A stretch of 64,000 bases of DNA, taken from positions 224,001-288,000 of the forward strand of contig CAVUKB010000001.1 in assembly GCA_963741955.1 (NCBI GenBank), read 5' to 3'. Origin of the DNA: an uncultured Acidobacteriota bacterium (GTDB taxonomy: Bacteria > Acidobacteriota > Thermoanaerobaculia > Gp7-AA8). The notes under the pieces were generated by a model. It made no database searches. It was not told the DNA's origin and saw nothing but the letters and a program-made list of their open reading frames with translations. The position numbers and the translations under genes were made by a program. Shown one piece after another: positions 1 to 9,479 of this stretch (positions are counted from its first letter, which is position 1; each line of letters starts with the position of its first letter).

Positions 1-20
1 CGACGCGGCGGAATCATCGA

Positions 21-791
21 ATGCTCCGGACTCGGCGTCTGCTGGTCATCGCCGCGAACGGAGTGTTCATCGTCCTCCTCGCGCTGGCCGGAGCGTGGCT
101 CTACCAGAGAACGCAAGAGGACACCCGCTTCGCGATTCGCAGGGTGGAGATCACCGGCGTGCAGAACGTGCAGGCATCGGAAGTCCGGGCGATCGCTGCG
201 AAGTACATCGGGGCGAACCTTTTCCGTCTGGAGATCGCGTCCATGCGGAGCGAGATCACCCGGTTGCCGTGGGTGGAGCGTGTGGCGATCGAAAAGAAAC
301 TGCCGGACACGGTGACGGTTCAGATTTTCGAGCGTCAGCCGCGGGCGATCGTGATCGATCGAGGTACGCCGAAGTACGTCGACGGAAGCGGAGTGGTCTT
401 CGCCGAAGTGACGCCGCGAGTGGGGGATCACGAACTGCCGCTGGTTACAGGCGCAGCGGGAGCGGAGCTCGAGAAGGCAGTGACTTTCCTCGAGACGCTC
501 CGTAGTTCTGCACCGGCCCTCTACTCGCGGGTCTCCGAGGTCAGTCCGGTGGCGGCGGGTGGATGGATGGTTTTCGATCGGGATCTCGGAACGCGGGTCT
601 ATCTCGAAGGAGCGGATGCGATCGGCAAGTGGAACGCGCTGTATGGAATCGCGCAGGCGGAAGGTTTTGCTGCCGGTTCGATCGAATACGCCGATCTCCG
701 GTTCGACCGGCGGGTGGTGATCCGGCCGCGGCACGTGGCACCGCTCGCCGCCGATCCGCGCAGCACCGCAGGGATTTCGATCACGAATTGA
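21..791 (+). CDS. ftsQ: Cell division protein FtsQ/DivIB (frame is open to the window edge, so the true start may be upstream)
   Basis: N-terminal TM, POTRA segment (LPWVERVAIEKKLPDTVTVQIFER), C-terminal YADLRF; directly upstream of ftsA-ftsZ. Confidence 0.9.
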   Translation: MLRTRRLLVIAANGVFIVLLALAGAWLYQRTQEDTRFAIRRVEITGVQNVQASEVRAIAAKYIGANLFRLEIASMRSEITRLPWVERVAIEKKLPDTVTVQIFERQPRAIVIDRGTPKYVDGSGVVFAEVTPRVGDHELPLVTGAAGAELEKAVTFLETLRSSAPALYSRVSEVSPVAAGGWMVFDRDLGTRVYLEGADAIGKWNALYGIAQAEGFAAGSIEYADLRFDRRVVIRPRHVAPLAADPRSTAGISITN

Positions 792-822
792 GTCGAGGAA
801 ACAGAGGCGGGGGAGAGGAACA

Positions 823-2049
823 ATGACAAAGACCGACAACTACACCGTAGCGCTCGACATCGGAACCTCGAAGGTTTGCGTGCTGGTCGGCGAAGTCAGC
901 GATCGCGGCCGGTTGGAGATCATCGGGAAGGGAACTGCCCCGATGCGTGGCACGCGCCGCGGCAACATCATCAATCTCGATCAGGCGGTCGAGGCGGTCA
1001 AGCGTGCAGTCGACGAAGCGGAAGTGATGGCCGGCCTGCAGATCGAGTCGGCCTCGGTCGGGATCGCGGGGGACCACATCCGGTCGGTCAACTCCCGCGG
1101 TGTCGTCGCGGTGATGGGGAAGCAGAAAGAGATCGGCCGGGAAGACATCGACCGGGTGATCGAAGCGGCGAAGTCGATCAACATTCCCAACGAGCTGGAG
1201 ATCCTCCACGTCATTCCGCGCGAATTCGTGGTCGACGGTCAGGACGGGATCCCCGATCCGCTCGGAATGACCGGATCGCGGCTCGAAGCGAAAGTGCACA
1301 TCGTCACCGGCGCGCGCACCCACAACCAGAACGTGCTGGCATGCGTGAACCGCGCGGGGATCGCGGTCACCGAGCTCGTGCTCGAGCAGCTCGCGGCCGC
1401 CGAATCGGTGCTCACTCCCGACGAACGGGAGATGGGTGTGCTGCTGATGGACCTCGGCGGTGGAACCACCGATTACGCAGTCTTCCTCGAAGGAAACGTG
1501 ATCCACACCAACGTGCTGCCGGTCGGCGCGGGGCACTTCACGTCGGACATTTCGGTCGTGCTGCGCACGCCGATGGACGACGCGGAGCGGATCAAGAAGC
1601 GCCACGGCTGCGCGCTCGGTTCGCTGGTTGCCGAAGACGACCCGATCGAAGTGCCGACGGTCGGCGGACGCGCGCCGAAGATCGTCACCCGGCGCGAGTT
1701 GACGAACATCCTCGAGCCGCGTGCGGCGGAGATTGCGAAGCTCGTCTACCGGGACCTCGAGAAGGTCGGACTGGAGAAGGAGATCCGCTCGGGGGTGGTG
1801 CTGGTCGGCGGCGGTGCGGAGATGGATGGAGTGGTGGAGATCATCGAACAGATCTTCGACCAGTCGGCGAGGAAGGGAGCCCCGGTGGGACTCGGAGGAT
1901 TGAGCGACACGGTGAACGGGCCCGAGTGGGCCGCAGCGGCAGGGCTTCTTCTGTGGGGTCATCGCTACCGCAGCCGGGTGCGAAAGCCGAGGCGCACCGG
2001 ATTCGGGCGCGTCGCGGATTCATTCAAGCAGTGGTTCGCGCACAGTTGA
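823..2049 (+). CDS. ftsA: Cell division protein FtsA
   Basis: [24 protein letters not shown] actin-fold motifs; C-terminal amphipathic helix FKQWF; RBS GAGAGG. Confidence 0.97.
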   Translation: MTKTDNYTVALDIGTSKVCVLVGEVSDRGRLEIIGKGTAPMRGTRRGNIINLDQAVEAVKRAVDEAEVMAGLQIESASVGIAGDHIRSVNSRGVVAVMGKQKEIGREDIDRVIEAAKSINIPNELEILHVIPREFVVDGQDGIPDPLGMTGSRLEAKVHIVTGARTHNQNVLACVNRAGIAVTELVLEQLAAAESVLTPDEREMGVLLMDLGGGTTDYAVFLEGNVIHTNVLPVGAGHFTSDISVVLRTPMDDAERIKKRHGCALGSLVAEDDPIEVPTVGGRAPKIVTRRELTNILEPRAAEIAKLVYRDLEKVGLEKEIRSGVVLVGGGAEMDGVVEIIEQIFDQSARKGAPVGLGGLSDTVNGPEWAAAAGLLLWGHRYRSRVRKPRRTGFGRVADSFKQWFAHS

Positions 2050-2059
2050 GAGTACGACG

Positions 2060-3436
2060 ATGGCCGAGAAGAGAGAGAAAGTGAAGGACCAGGAGGAACG
2101 GCGCGAACCGTCGTTGTTCGACGCGAGCGCGGGTGGAGGCCACGACATGATCACTTTCGAAGAACCCGAGGAGCAGAGCAAGTTGAAGATCTCAATGGAT
2201 GAAGAACTGACGGCGAAGATCAAGGTCGTGGGAGTCGGCGGCGGCGGAGGTAACGCTGTGAACCGCATGATTCAGGCGGGAATCGGCGGAATCGAGTTCC
2301 TGGTCGCCAATACGGACACGCAGGCGATGAAGAACTCCCTTGCCCCGACGAAGCTGCAGCTCGGGTCGAAGCTGACCAAAGGCCTGGGGGCCGGAGCGAA
2401 TCCCGAAGTCGGGAAGCAGGCCGCGCTGGAGGACACCGACCGGATCATCGAGTCGCTCTCCGGAGCGGACATGATTTTCATCACCAGCGGAATGGGCGGT
2501 GGAACGGGAACGGGGGCGGCGCCGATCATCGCTTCGCTCGCGTCGGAGCTCGGAGCGCTGACGGTGGCGGTGGTCACCAAGCCGTTCAATTTCGAAGGGA
2601 AGAAGCGGCGGATCCAGGCCGAACAGGGGATCCGTGCTCTCCGCGACACCGTCGACACGCTGATCACCATTCCGAACGAGCGTCTGCTGAATTTCGTGGA
2701 GAGAGCGACTTCGCTCTCGGATGCGTTCCGGATCGCCGACGACATCCTGCGCCAGGCGGTGCAGGGCATCTCGGATCTGATCACCGTGCCGGGCGAGATC
2801 AATCTCGACTTCGCGGACGTGAAGACGATCATGCACGGAATGGGGATGGCCCTGATGGGGACCGGCATCGCCGAGGGCGAGCACCGGTCGGTCGAAGCGG
2901 CCCAGCGGGCGATCTCCTCGCCGCTGCTCGAAGAGGCGTCGATCGAAGGCGCGAAGGGGGTTCTGATCAACGTCACCGGCGGTGAAGACATGACCCTCTT
3001 CGAGGTCAACGAAGCCGCGTCGGTGATCCAGGAAGCGGCGGACGAAGAGGCGAACATCATCTTCGGAACGGTGATCGACCCGCGGATGAAGGGTCAGCTG
3101 AAGGTGACCGTGATCGCAACCGGATTCGACACGGCGACTCGGGGGCTGCTCAACGCGCGTGGGGAAGCCCTTTCGAACCGGCGGGAAGAAACGAGGCCGG
3201 TCGCGCGGGTCGAATCGAGGATGCCGGAGCGGGAGCGCGCCCCCGAGGCGCCTCAAGGTCAGGCTCCGGCCGAAGGATCGAAGCCGCAGATCGGTGCGGA
3301 AGACGACATCTACGATCCTCCGTTTTTTCGGCGCACGTTCCGCGACGACGGAACGTCCGGATTCGGGCCGATGGCGGGGAGCGATTACGGAAATGATCTC
3401 GATATTCCGACGGTGATCCGGAATCTCAGCGACTGA
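2060..3436 (+). CDS. ftsZ: Cell division GTPase FtsZ (alternative start 2147 has a better RBS, GGAGG)
   Basis: [26 protein letters not shown]-terminal DLDIPT.IR. Confidence 0.98.
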   Translation: MAEKREKVKDQEERREPSLFDASAGGGHDMITFEEPEEQSKLKISMDEELTAKIKVVGVGGGGGNAVNRMIQAGIGGIEFLVANTDTQAMKNSLAPTKLQLGSKLTKGLGAGANPEVGKQAALEDTDRIIESLSGADMIFITSGMGGGTGTGAAPIIASLASELGALTVAVVTKPFNFEGKKRRIQAEQGIRALRDTVDTLITIPNERLLNFVERATSLSDAFRIADDILRQAVQGISDLITVPGEINLDFADVKTIMHGMGMALMGTGIAEGEHRSVEAAQRAISSPLLEEASIEGAKGVLINVTGGEDMTLFEVNEAASVIQEAADEEANIIFGTVIDPRMKGQLKVTVIATGFDTATRGLLNARGEALSNRREETRPVARVESRMPERERAPEAPQGQAPAEGSKPQIGAEDDIYDPPFFRRTFRDDGTSGFGPMAGSDYGNDLDIPTVIRNLSD

Positions 3437-3526
3437 CTGCTCCCAGTCGCGGAGCGCATCCCACTGTGCGCTCATCGAGGACGGAGAGTGGGCTCCGTCC
3501 TCACACTTCCGGATCCCAGCATGGCC

Positions 3527-3557
3527 AGGGCGCGGCAGCAGCCGCGCCCTTCGTTTT
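3527..3557 (+). terminator. Intrinsic terminator after ftsZ
   Basis: AGGGCGCGGC-agca-GCCGCGCCCT followed by TCGTTTT. Confidence 0.7.
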
Positions 3558-3572
3558 GTGCGCTGAAGCGGA

Positions 3573-3594
3573 TCCCAGGGCTGACGCCCTGGGA
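3573..3594. repeat. REP-like palindrome CCCAGGG-(c)tgacg-CCCTGGG, second copy at 53214-53232
   Basis: Near-identical hairpins, both located between convergent genes. Confidence 0.6.
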
Positions 3595-3628
3595 CGGCGG
3601 CGAATCGCGAGTCCGCGAAGCGGACATG

Positions 3629-3662
3629 AAAAAGGCCTCGAGGCGGGAGCCCCGAGGCCTTT
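3629..3662 (-). terminator. Intrinsic terminator of OmpA paralog 1
   Basis: AAAGGCCTCG...CGAGGCCTTT stem with a T-run on the minus strand, about 35 bp after the stop. Confidence 0.75.
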
Positions 3663-3695
3663 GAGATTGCGGTGCGGCGTACTGCTGCTGCCGCG

Positions 3696-5510
3696 CTACT
3701 GCGGTTGCTGGGGGTTGGTGATGACCAGCTCCACGCGGCGGTTCTGCTGCCGGCCGGCGTCGGTGTCGTTCGAGGCGACCGGTTCCGACTCGCCCTTCCC
3801 GACGGTCGACATCTGTTCGGGACTGATGCCGCGGCCGGCGAGAAAATCACGCACTGCATCGGCACGATCCTGAGAGAGTCTGAGGTTCATGTCATCCGAG
3901 CCGACGCTGTCGGTGTGACCTTCGATGAGGATGTGGACGTTGTCGACGCCCTGGAGCTGAGTCGCGATCTTCTCCAGTGAGTTTCGCGCTCCCGGCTTGA
4001 TGGTGCTCTTGCCGGAGTCGAAGAAGATTCCCGGAAGCGTGACGATGAGACCGCGCTGATCCTTCCTGGTCTCCGCGATCTTCGAGAGCGCGTCCTGCAT
4101 CTCCTGCATCTTCTGTTTCTGCGCTTCTTCGGCGGCCTTGCGGGCCGCGAGCTCTTCCTGTGCCTTCTGAAGCTGCGCCTGGGTCTCGGCGATCTGCTGA
4201 CGGAGCTTTTCCTGTTCGGCTTCGCGGCTTTCGCGTGCCTTCTGCGCCGTCAGTACGTTCTGTTCGTGGGTGCGACGCGCATCCGCGCGAGCACGGTCGG
4301 CCGCTTCACGATCGTTTCGCATCTGCTGGAGCTGGGCGGCTTCGTTCTGGATCTGCGCTTCGCGCTGTGCGGCCGCGTCGCCGGTGGTGACACCGGCTCC
4401 CCGCTCCTGCGAGAGCTGCTGGCGCATCCGGTCGATCTGGTCGGCTACGGCCTGCTCGCTCATCCGTTCGCGTTGCGCCGCCTGTTCGGTGGCGAGATTC
4501 TGGTCCTCTACCTGACGGCGGAGCGATTCGATCTGTGCGGCGTCGGTCGCATTGGCGACTGCATTCTCGTACTGCTGCTGGAGCTGCTGAAGGCGCTGAT
4601 CGGCCGCCACGCGTGCCGCCCGGTCCTGGTCCAGCTGCTGGCGGACGCGCTGCTCGTTCTGTTCGACCTGGGCGCGCAACGCGGCGAGCTGCGCCTGTTG
4701 CGCCTGCCTGTTCTGCTGCTCCTGCTCGAGCTTCGCACGAAGGTCGGCCGCTTCCTTCTCGGCCTTCTCGCGGTCGGCTCGTTCCTTCGCCGCCTGAGCT
4801 TCGCTCGCGAGCTGCGCGAGACGGGTTCGCTCGAGTCGCAGCGCGGGAAGCACCTGCTCGACGGACGTTGCGTGGGCCAGATACGTCGCGCGGCGAGCGA
4901 GCATCTCGGCGGCGTACGCGAGGTAACCCGCCGAGTCGTTCTGGGCATTGTTCCTGGTGATCGTCTGCGCGGTTTTCAGCCAGTCCGCTGCGCGCTGCAT
5001 GTCCTGAGGGGCTGCGGCCTTCGCACCTGCGTCTGCCGCCTTCTGCCAGACCGACTGCGCGTATGCGACGCGCGCGCGGGAATCCTTCCCGCGGTCGATC
5101 TGAAGCGGAGGTTCTTCGGTCAGCTGAATGGGCTCGCTGCTTCCGCCGAATCCGGTGATGTCCGACTGCAGGTTCTTGGCTTCGAGGTTGTTGGTGACCC
5201 AGCGCGCCTTCGCCTCCGCGGCCCGGGCGGCGTACTGCGCTTCGAGGGCGTTCATCCGACCTTCTTCGCGAACGTCCTTCTTCTTGCTGTCTGCCGCTTC
5301 TTTCGCGAAGCGGAGCTTGTTCGACGCCTCGTTGTAGAGCGTGGCCGCATAGAGCGGCGCGCCTGCCTGCGAGGCCTCCTGTACCGCCTTTTCGGCTTTC
5401 GTGAGATCGCTCTCCGCGGGCTGATCGGCCGCGAGCGCGGTCACACAGAATCCCGAAAGAAGGATCAGAGTGGAGAGGAGTCCGAGGGCGGGTCTTCGTG
5501 GGATCGTCAT
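3696..5510 (-). CDS. Secreted OmpA_C peptidoglycan-binding protein with DUF4398-like helices and a long coiled coil (paralog 1)
   Basis: AAGGAGG RBS before ATG 5510, signal peptide MTIPRR...ALA; IEGHTDSVG, N..LS..RA, GRQQNRRVE motifs. Confidence 0.88.
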   Translation of the reverse strand: MTIPRRPALGLLSTLILLSGFCVTALAADQPAESDLTKAEKAVQEASQAGAPLYAATLYNEASNKLRFAKEAADSKKKDVREEGRMNALEAQYAARAAEAKARWVTNNLEAKNLQSDITGFGGSSEPIQLTEEPPLQIDRGKDSRARVAYAQSVWQKAADAGAKAAAPQDMQRAADWLKTAQTITRNNAQNDSAGYLAYAAEMLARRATYLAHATSVEQVLPALRLERTRLAQLASEAQAAKERADREKAEKEAADLRAKLEQEQQNRQAQQAQLAALRAQVEQNEQRVRQQLDQDRAARVAADQRLQQLQQQYENAVANATDAAQIESLRRQVEDQNLATEQAAQRERMSEQAVADQIDRMRQQLSQERGAGVTTGDAAAQREAQIQNEAAQLQQMRNDREAADRARADARRTHEQNVLTAQKARESREAEQEKLRQQIAETQAQLQKAQEELAARKAAEEAQKQKMQEMQDALSKIAETRKDQRGLIVTLPGIFFDSGKSTIKPGARNSLEKIATQLQGVDNVHILIEGHTDSVGSDDMNLRLSQDRADAVRDFLAGRGISPEQMSTVGKGESEPVASNDTDAGRQQNRRVELVITNPQQPQ

Positions 5511-5691
5511 GTCTGGACCTCCTTGTCCCTGTCCGGGTGATCGTTGGGTAGGGTTGCCATTATGCACCAACCTGACCCTCGAGGTGAGCGACCTCTCCGA
5601 CAGAAGTGGGAGAGTCGTGGAGGAGGAGAGAGAGGAAGAGAGGAGGGCGTGCGGCGCGGATTCCTCGAGAACGAGGAAGAAGAGGGCGGCG

Positions 5692-5725
5692 CGGCTTCCG
5701 CCGCGCCCGGCCACGGCGGAAGCCG
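5692..5725 (-). terminator. GC-rich hairpin after OmpA paralog 2
   Basis: CGGCTTCCGCCG / CGGCGGAAGCCG perfect 12-bp stem; weak U-tract. Confidence 0.5.
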
Positions 5726-5752
5726 TGGCCCCCTGGAGTGGAATTGTTCCTC

Positions 5753-7249
5753 CTAGTGGCTTTGCGCCATTTGCTGAGCAGAGGTGGTGATCACCAGTTC
5801 GACGCGCCGGTTCTGCTGGCGGCCGGCGGACGTGGCATTCGACGCCACCGGTTCCGACTCACCTTTGCCGACCGTCGACATCTCGGCCGGGGCCACACCT
5901 TGCGAAGTGAGGAAGTCGCGCACCGCGTCCGCTCGTGCTTCGGAGAGCTGCTGGTTGTAATCGGCGGAGCCGACGCTGTCGGTGTGACCCTCGATCTGGA
6001 TCACGAGTTTCGGATTCTCCTTCAGCTGCGCCGCGATCTTCCGCAGGACGTCCTTCGCTCCCGGGGCGAGCGCGCTCTTGCCGGTCTCGAAGAAGATCCC
6101 CGGGATGGTCACGATCAGTCCGCGCTGATCTTCACGCGTCTTGGCGATTTCGGAGAAGGCCTGCTGCATCTGATCGAGCTTCTGTTTCTGCGCCTGGTCG
6201 GCCGCTTCACGAGCGGCGAGCTGCTGGCGGGTCTGCTCGAGCTGGGCCTGAGTCTGAGCGACCTGTGCCTGCAGCTGTTCCTTCTGCGCCTGCGCCGCCG
6301 CATCACGGGCGGCGAGCTCTTCACGCGTCTGCTGAAGCTGGGAGTTGGTCTCCGAGATCTGCTGCTGGAGAGACTGCACCTGATTCTGAACGTCCGCCCT
6401 CATGGCTGCGGCCGCTGCGGCGGTCTCTGCCTCACGCTGCTGTTGCTCGGCCTGGAGCCGTGCCCGCAGCTGCGCTGCCTGCTGTTCGGCCTGGAGTCGT
6501 GCCGCACGTTGCGCGGCCGCCTCGTTCTCGTTCGCCTTCGCTTCGAGGCGCGACTTCTCCATCCGGAGTCCCGGAAGTGTCCGTCCGACGTCGGTGAGGC
6601 GCGCGGTGTACATGGCGTGACGCGCCATCATCTCGGAGACGTACGCGAGATAGTCGGCCGAGTCGTTGTTCTTGTCGTGCCGGGTGATGGTTTTCGCCGT
6701 CTGCAGCCAATCGTGCGCCTGGTTCATCTCGTCGGGCGCCGCTGCGCGCGCTCCCGCGGCCGCGGCCGTCTCCCAGACGCTGATCGCGTACTGCACGCGG
6801 TCGCGACTGGTCGAACCGCGATCGATCGCTACGGTTGGTTCCTGCTGCAACTGGAGAGGGGCGACCGTTCCGCCGAAGTTCCGGATGTCCGTGGCGAGGC
6901 TGTTCGCCTCTCGATTATCCTGAATCCAGCGGGCTTTCGTCTCCGCGGCGCGCGCTGCGTAGAACGCTTCGAGGGCGTTCTTACGCGCGTCGTTTCGAAC
7001 GTCTTTACTGCTGCTTCCGATCCCCTGTTTCGCGAACTGCAGTTTCGAGGTCGCCTCGGAGTAAATCCCGTTCGCGTAGAGCGGAGCTCCCGCCTGTGAT
7101 GCGTACTGCACGGCGTTCTCCGCCTTCGCGATCGTTTCCTGGTTGGTCAGGCTGGCCGGGTTCTGATCCGCGGCGAGCGCAACCGAACCGCTTACGGCGA
7201 ATGCGATCGCCAACGCGAGCACATTCCATGCTTTCTTTGCTGATCTCAT
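5753..7249 (-). CDS. Secreted OmpA_C protein with DUF4398-like helices and a shorter coiled coil (paralog 2)
   Basis: Signal peptide, GGAGG RBS, same OmpA_C motifs; extensive similarity to paralog 1 (ASQAGAPLYA, DQRGLIVT.PGIFF). Confidence 0.9.
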   Translation of the reverse strand: MRSAKKAWNVLALAIAFAVSGSVALAADQNPASLTNQETIAKAENAVQYASQAGAPLYANGIYSEATSKLQFAKQGIGSSSKDVRNDARKNALEAFYAARAAETKARWIQDNREANSLATDIRNFGGTVAPLQLQQEPTVAIDRGSTSRDRVQYAISVWETAAAAGARAAAPDEMNQAHDWLQTAKTITRHDKNNDSADYLAYVSEMMARHAMYTARLTDVGRTLPGLRMEKSRLEAKANENEAAAQRAARLQAEQQAAQLRARLQAEQQQREAETAAAAAAMRADVQNQVQSLQQQISETNSQLQQTREELAARDAAAQAQKEQLQAQVAQTQAQLEQTRQQLAAREAADQAQKQKLDQMQQAFSEIAKTREDQRGLIVTIPGIFFETGKSALAPGAKDVLRKIAAQLKENPKLVIQIEGHTDSVGSADYNQQLSEARADAVRDFLTSQGVAPAEMSTVGKGESEPVASNATSAGRQQNRRVELVITTSAQQMAQSH

Positions 7250-7307
7250 GAGTCCTCCCTGCCGGCCGCGGGGTTTGGAGAGGTGGGCCGGCGACAGGGA
7301 AAACCCC

Positions 7308-7324
7308 TGCGATCAGGATGCCTG
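7308..7324 (-). promoter_or_regulatory. Candidate sigma-54 -24/-12 promoter for OmpA paralog 2
   Basis: CAGGCATCCTGATCGCA (GG-N10-GC) about 60 bp upstream of the start. Confidence 0.4.
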
Positions 7325-7525
7325 TCCGGGGCGGCGGAAGGGGAGAATCCGCGCTCCGTCCCGTTTCGAAACGGATTCTTTCGCCGGCGGGACGGGTGCT
7401 GCCGGCGCTTCTTCGGCCGAATCGTCCGGACGACCGCGGAAAAGCGACTCGAGAAGCTTCCGGTCGAGAGGAAGCCTGAAATCGAACATGTCCGACTCCT
7501 CAGGGTCCGGTCTCTGTTGCATCAT
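7313..7525 (-). CDS. Small hypothetical protein (70 aa)
   Basis: Co-oriented ORF that fills the gap; TACAAT -10 upstream near 7590; C-terminal ARILPFRR. Confidence 0.4.
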   Translation of the reverse strand: MMQQRPDPEESDMFDFRLPLDRKLLESLFRGRPDDSAEEAPAAPVPPAKESVSKRDGARILPFRRPGQAS

Positions 7526-7625
7526 GGCGGCGTTCGCTGCCGGGAGTCAGACGAGCCGTACGGCGGCGGACCGGGCCGTTCGGCAGATATTGTAGCGCTG
7601 GAAGAGTGAAGCGGGGTGATCGGCG

Positions 7626-7856
7626 TCAGCTCGTCCGTCGCGGGTCGGCCTCGTCGAACCGGGAAAGGATCTCACCGCGGAGTCTCTGCTCCTTCACCCG
7701 CAGTGTCCGGACCAGCACCCGAAACTGCTCGTGCTCGCGGGGATCGAGAACTTCTGCAGCCTGACGCAGCTCGGTCTCGATCGCATCGAGCTGTTCCCTG
7801 CTGCGCTCGATGAGGGTGAGGAGAAGTCCGATCTCGTTCTCTTCCCGTACGCTCAT
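7626..7856 (-). CDS. Small coiled-coil hypothetical protein (76 aa, MSVREENE...)
   Basis: GGAGA RBS; protein-like helical sequence; 11 bp after the upstream gene. Confidence 0.6.
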   Translation of the reverse strand: MSVREENEIGLLLTLIERSREQLDAIETELRQAAEVLDPREHEQFRVLVRTLRVKEQRLRGEILSRFDEADPRRTS

Positions 7857-7867
7857 CGGATCTCCGG

Positions 7868-8398
7868 TCACGACCCGAAGCCTGCTTCGGTGCGGGCGCT
7901 CCGTCGAATGCATCGGACGAGAAATTCGATCATCGCGAAGACGTCGACGGGCTTGATCAGCCACTGATGTGCCACACCATCGTCCAGCGCAGGTCTGGTC
8001 GTCCGCTCCGAAAGAAGGGCGGTGCAGTCGACTCCGAAACAGCGGCTGAGACTCTCGAGCGTCTGGAGCGGCGGATCGATGGAGTCCTCGCACCAGCGCG
8101 CGACGGTCTCGGTGTCGATGATCGCGGCGGTGCAGCCGTCTTCGGCGATCGCAGAGAGGGACTGGAGCTCTTCTCGCCGCAGAACGTGGCAGATCAGCCC
8201 GAGATGGAGGCAGATTGCGTGACAGAGAGCGAGTAGAGAAGCGTCGTCGATCGCGATCGCGACGCGGCCGACCGGCGTCAGTGCGCGTCGGGGATCCGCT
8301 CGAGTATCTGTCGCGGTCTCTGGTGACGAAGAGGCGGAGGGATCTCCGTGCATGGTGTAACTGATTTCTGGCGATTCCAGGAGAGAGGCTGTCATCAT
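7868..8398 (-). CDS. Degenerate receiver-like (REC fold) protein
   Basis: VAIAIDD...AAIID...WLIKPVD pattern resembles REC beta1, beta3 and the KP motif; start uncertain. Confidence 0.5.
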   Translation of the reverse strand: MMTASLLESPEISYTMHGDPSASSSPETATDTRADPRRALTPVGRVAIAIDDASLLALCHAICLHLGLICHVLRREELQSLSAIAEDGCTAAIIDTETVARWCEDSIDPPLQTLESLSRCFGVDCTALLSERTTRPALDDGVAHQWLIKPVDVFAMIEFLVRCIRRSARTEAGFGS

Positions 8399-8502
8399 CC
8401 ATCCAGACTCGAGGTGAATTCCCATTCTTCGGCCTTTGACGGACGGGACACCAGAGGGAAAGCGGGGGGGCTTTAGGGGAAAACCCGCAGGACGGAAGCC
8501 AG

Positions 8503-8661
8503 GAGTCTGCGCGGTAGGAACGTCCGTAGCGAGAAAGCGGAGCGGCGAGGCCAAATTCGTCCGGATTTGAGGTGCGTAGCGGTGGCTACTCGCCGAAAAT
8601 CCGGACGGATTTGGACCGCTGATCCGTTTTCGCAGTAGGACAGTTTCTATCGCGCAGACTC
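8503..8661. mobile_element. MITE A: about 160-bp imperfect palindrome with ends GAGTCTGCGCG, flanked by CCAG/CTAG
   Basis: aggagtctgcgcggtaggaac vs reverse complement of gtttctatcgcgcagactcct (2 mismatches); inner 18-bp IR at 8551-8613; solo end at 36146-36160. Confidence 0.65.
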
Positions 8662-8665
8662 CTAG

Positions 8666-8831
8666 CCCGCATTTCTCACACCGTCTCGTCGCGAGGAGGC
8701 GGAGAGGGGCTTGGATGCAAGGAGCGCCCGGCTTCCACCGCGGACGGTTCTCGTGCGCAGAAACAGGAGAGTTGCAGGAGGGAGAGGTGCATTCCTCAGA
8801 TCGTGACTCATCGAGGTTTCAATAATCCGGG
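8666..8831. mobile_element. MITE B-related element (left end CCCGCATTTCTCACACC, right end TCAATAATCCGGG)
   Basis: First ~55 bp nearly identical to the element at 39467; right end matches the CCCGGATTATT ends at 52591 and 63400-63412. Confidence 0.7.
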
Positions 8832-9479
8832 TTACCGCTCCGCTTCCAGCCATCCCATGTGAGCGGCATAGCGGACCAGCTCCGAACGGTTCTGCGCGCC
8901 GAGCTTTCCCTTGATGTTCGCCTTGTGGCTTTCCACCGTCTTGACGCTCAGACCGAGATCCGCGGCGATCTCCTTGTTGGACTTCCCCCAGGCGATCAGA
9001 CGGAGCACCTGCTCCTCACGACGGGTCAGCTTCCGTTCCGGAGTGCTGGAGTCGTTGCCGTGCTTCCGGATCGAATCGACGATCGCGCCGGTCAGTGTCG
9101 GGGCGAGATACGACTTCCCACTCATCACCGTCCGGATGGCGAGGAAGAGCTCGTCCGGCGGTGACTGTTTGAGTGCATATCCCTCGACTCCCGATTCGAG
9201 CATCTGCTGGAGGTACCCGTACTCGCGATGTCGGGTGAGAACCAGAATCCGGGCCGACGGGACCGACTCCCGGATCCTCTCCACTGAATGCACCGGAGAG
9301 CTTCCCGGGAGGGAGAGGTCGAGGAGGACGAGCTCGGGGCGGCTCTGCGGAAGGAGAGGAAGAGCGGTGAAGATGTTGTCGGCGTCGCCGACGACCTGCA
9401 TGTCATGTTCGGTCGCGAGGAGCAGCTTCAATCCTTCCCGGACGGAGTTGTGATCTTCGATCAGAAAGACTCGGGTCAT
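8832..9479 (-). CDS. NarL/FixJ-family response regulator (REC + LuxR HTH)
   Basis: LIEDH, LLDLSLP, GYALK, LTRREEQVL..IAWGKSNKEIA..L..SVKTVESH. Confidence 0.95.
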   Translation of the reverse strand: MTRVFLIEDHNSVREGLKLLLATEHDMQVVGDADNIFTALPLLPQSRPELVLLDLSLPGSSPVHSVERIRESVPSARILVLTRHREYGYLQQMLESGVEGYALKQSPPDELFLAIRTVMSGKSYLAPTLTGAIVDSIRKHGNDSSTPERKLTRREEQVLRLIAWGKSNKEIAADLGLSVKTVESHKANIKGKLGAQNRSELVRYAAHMGWLEAER

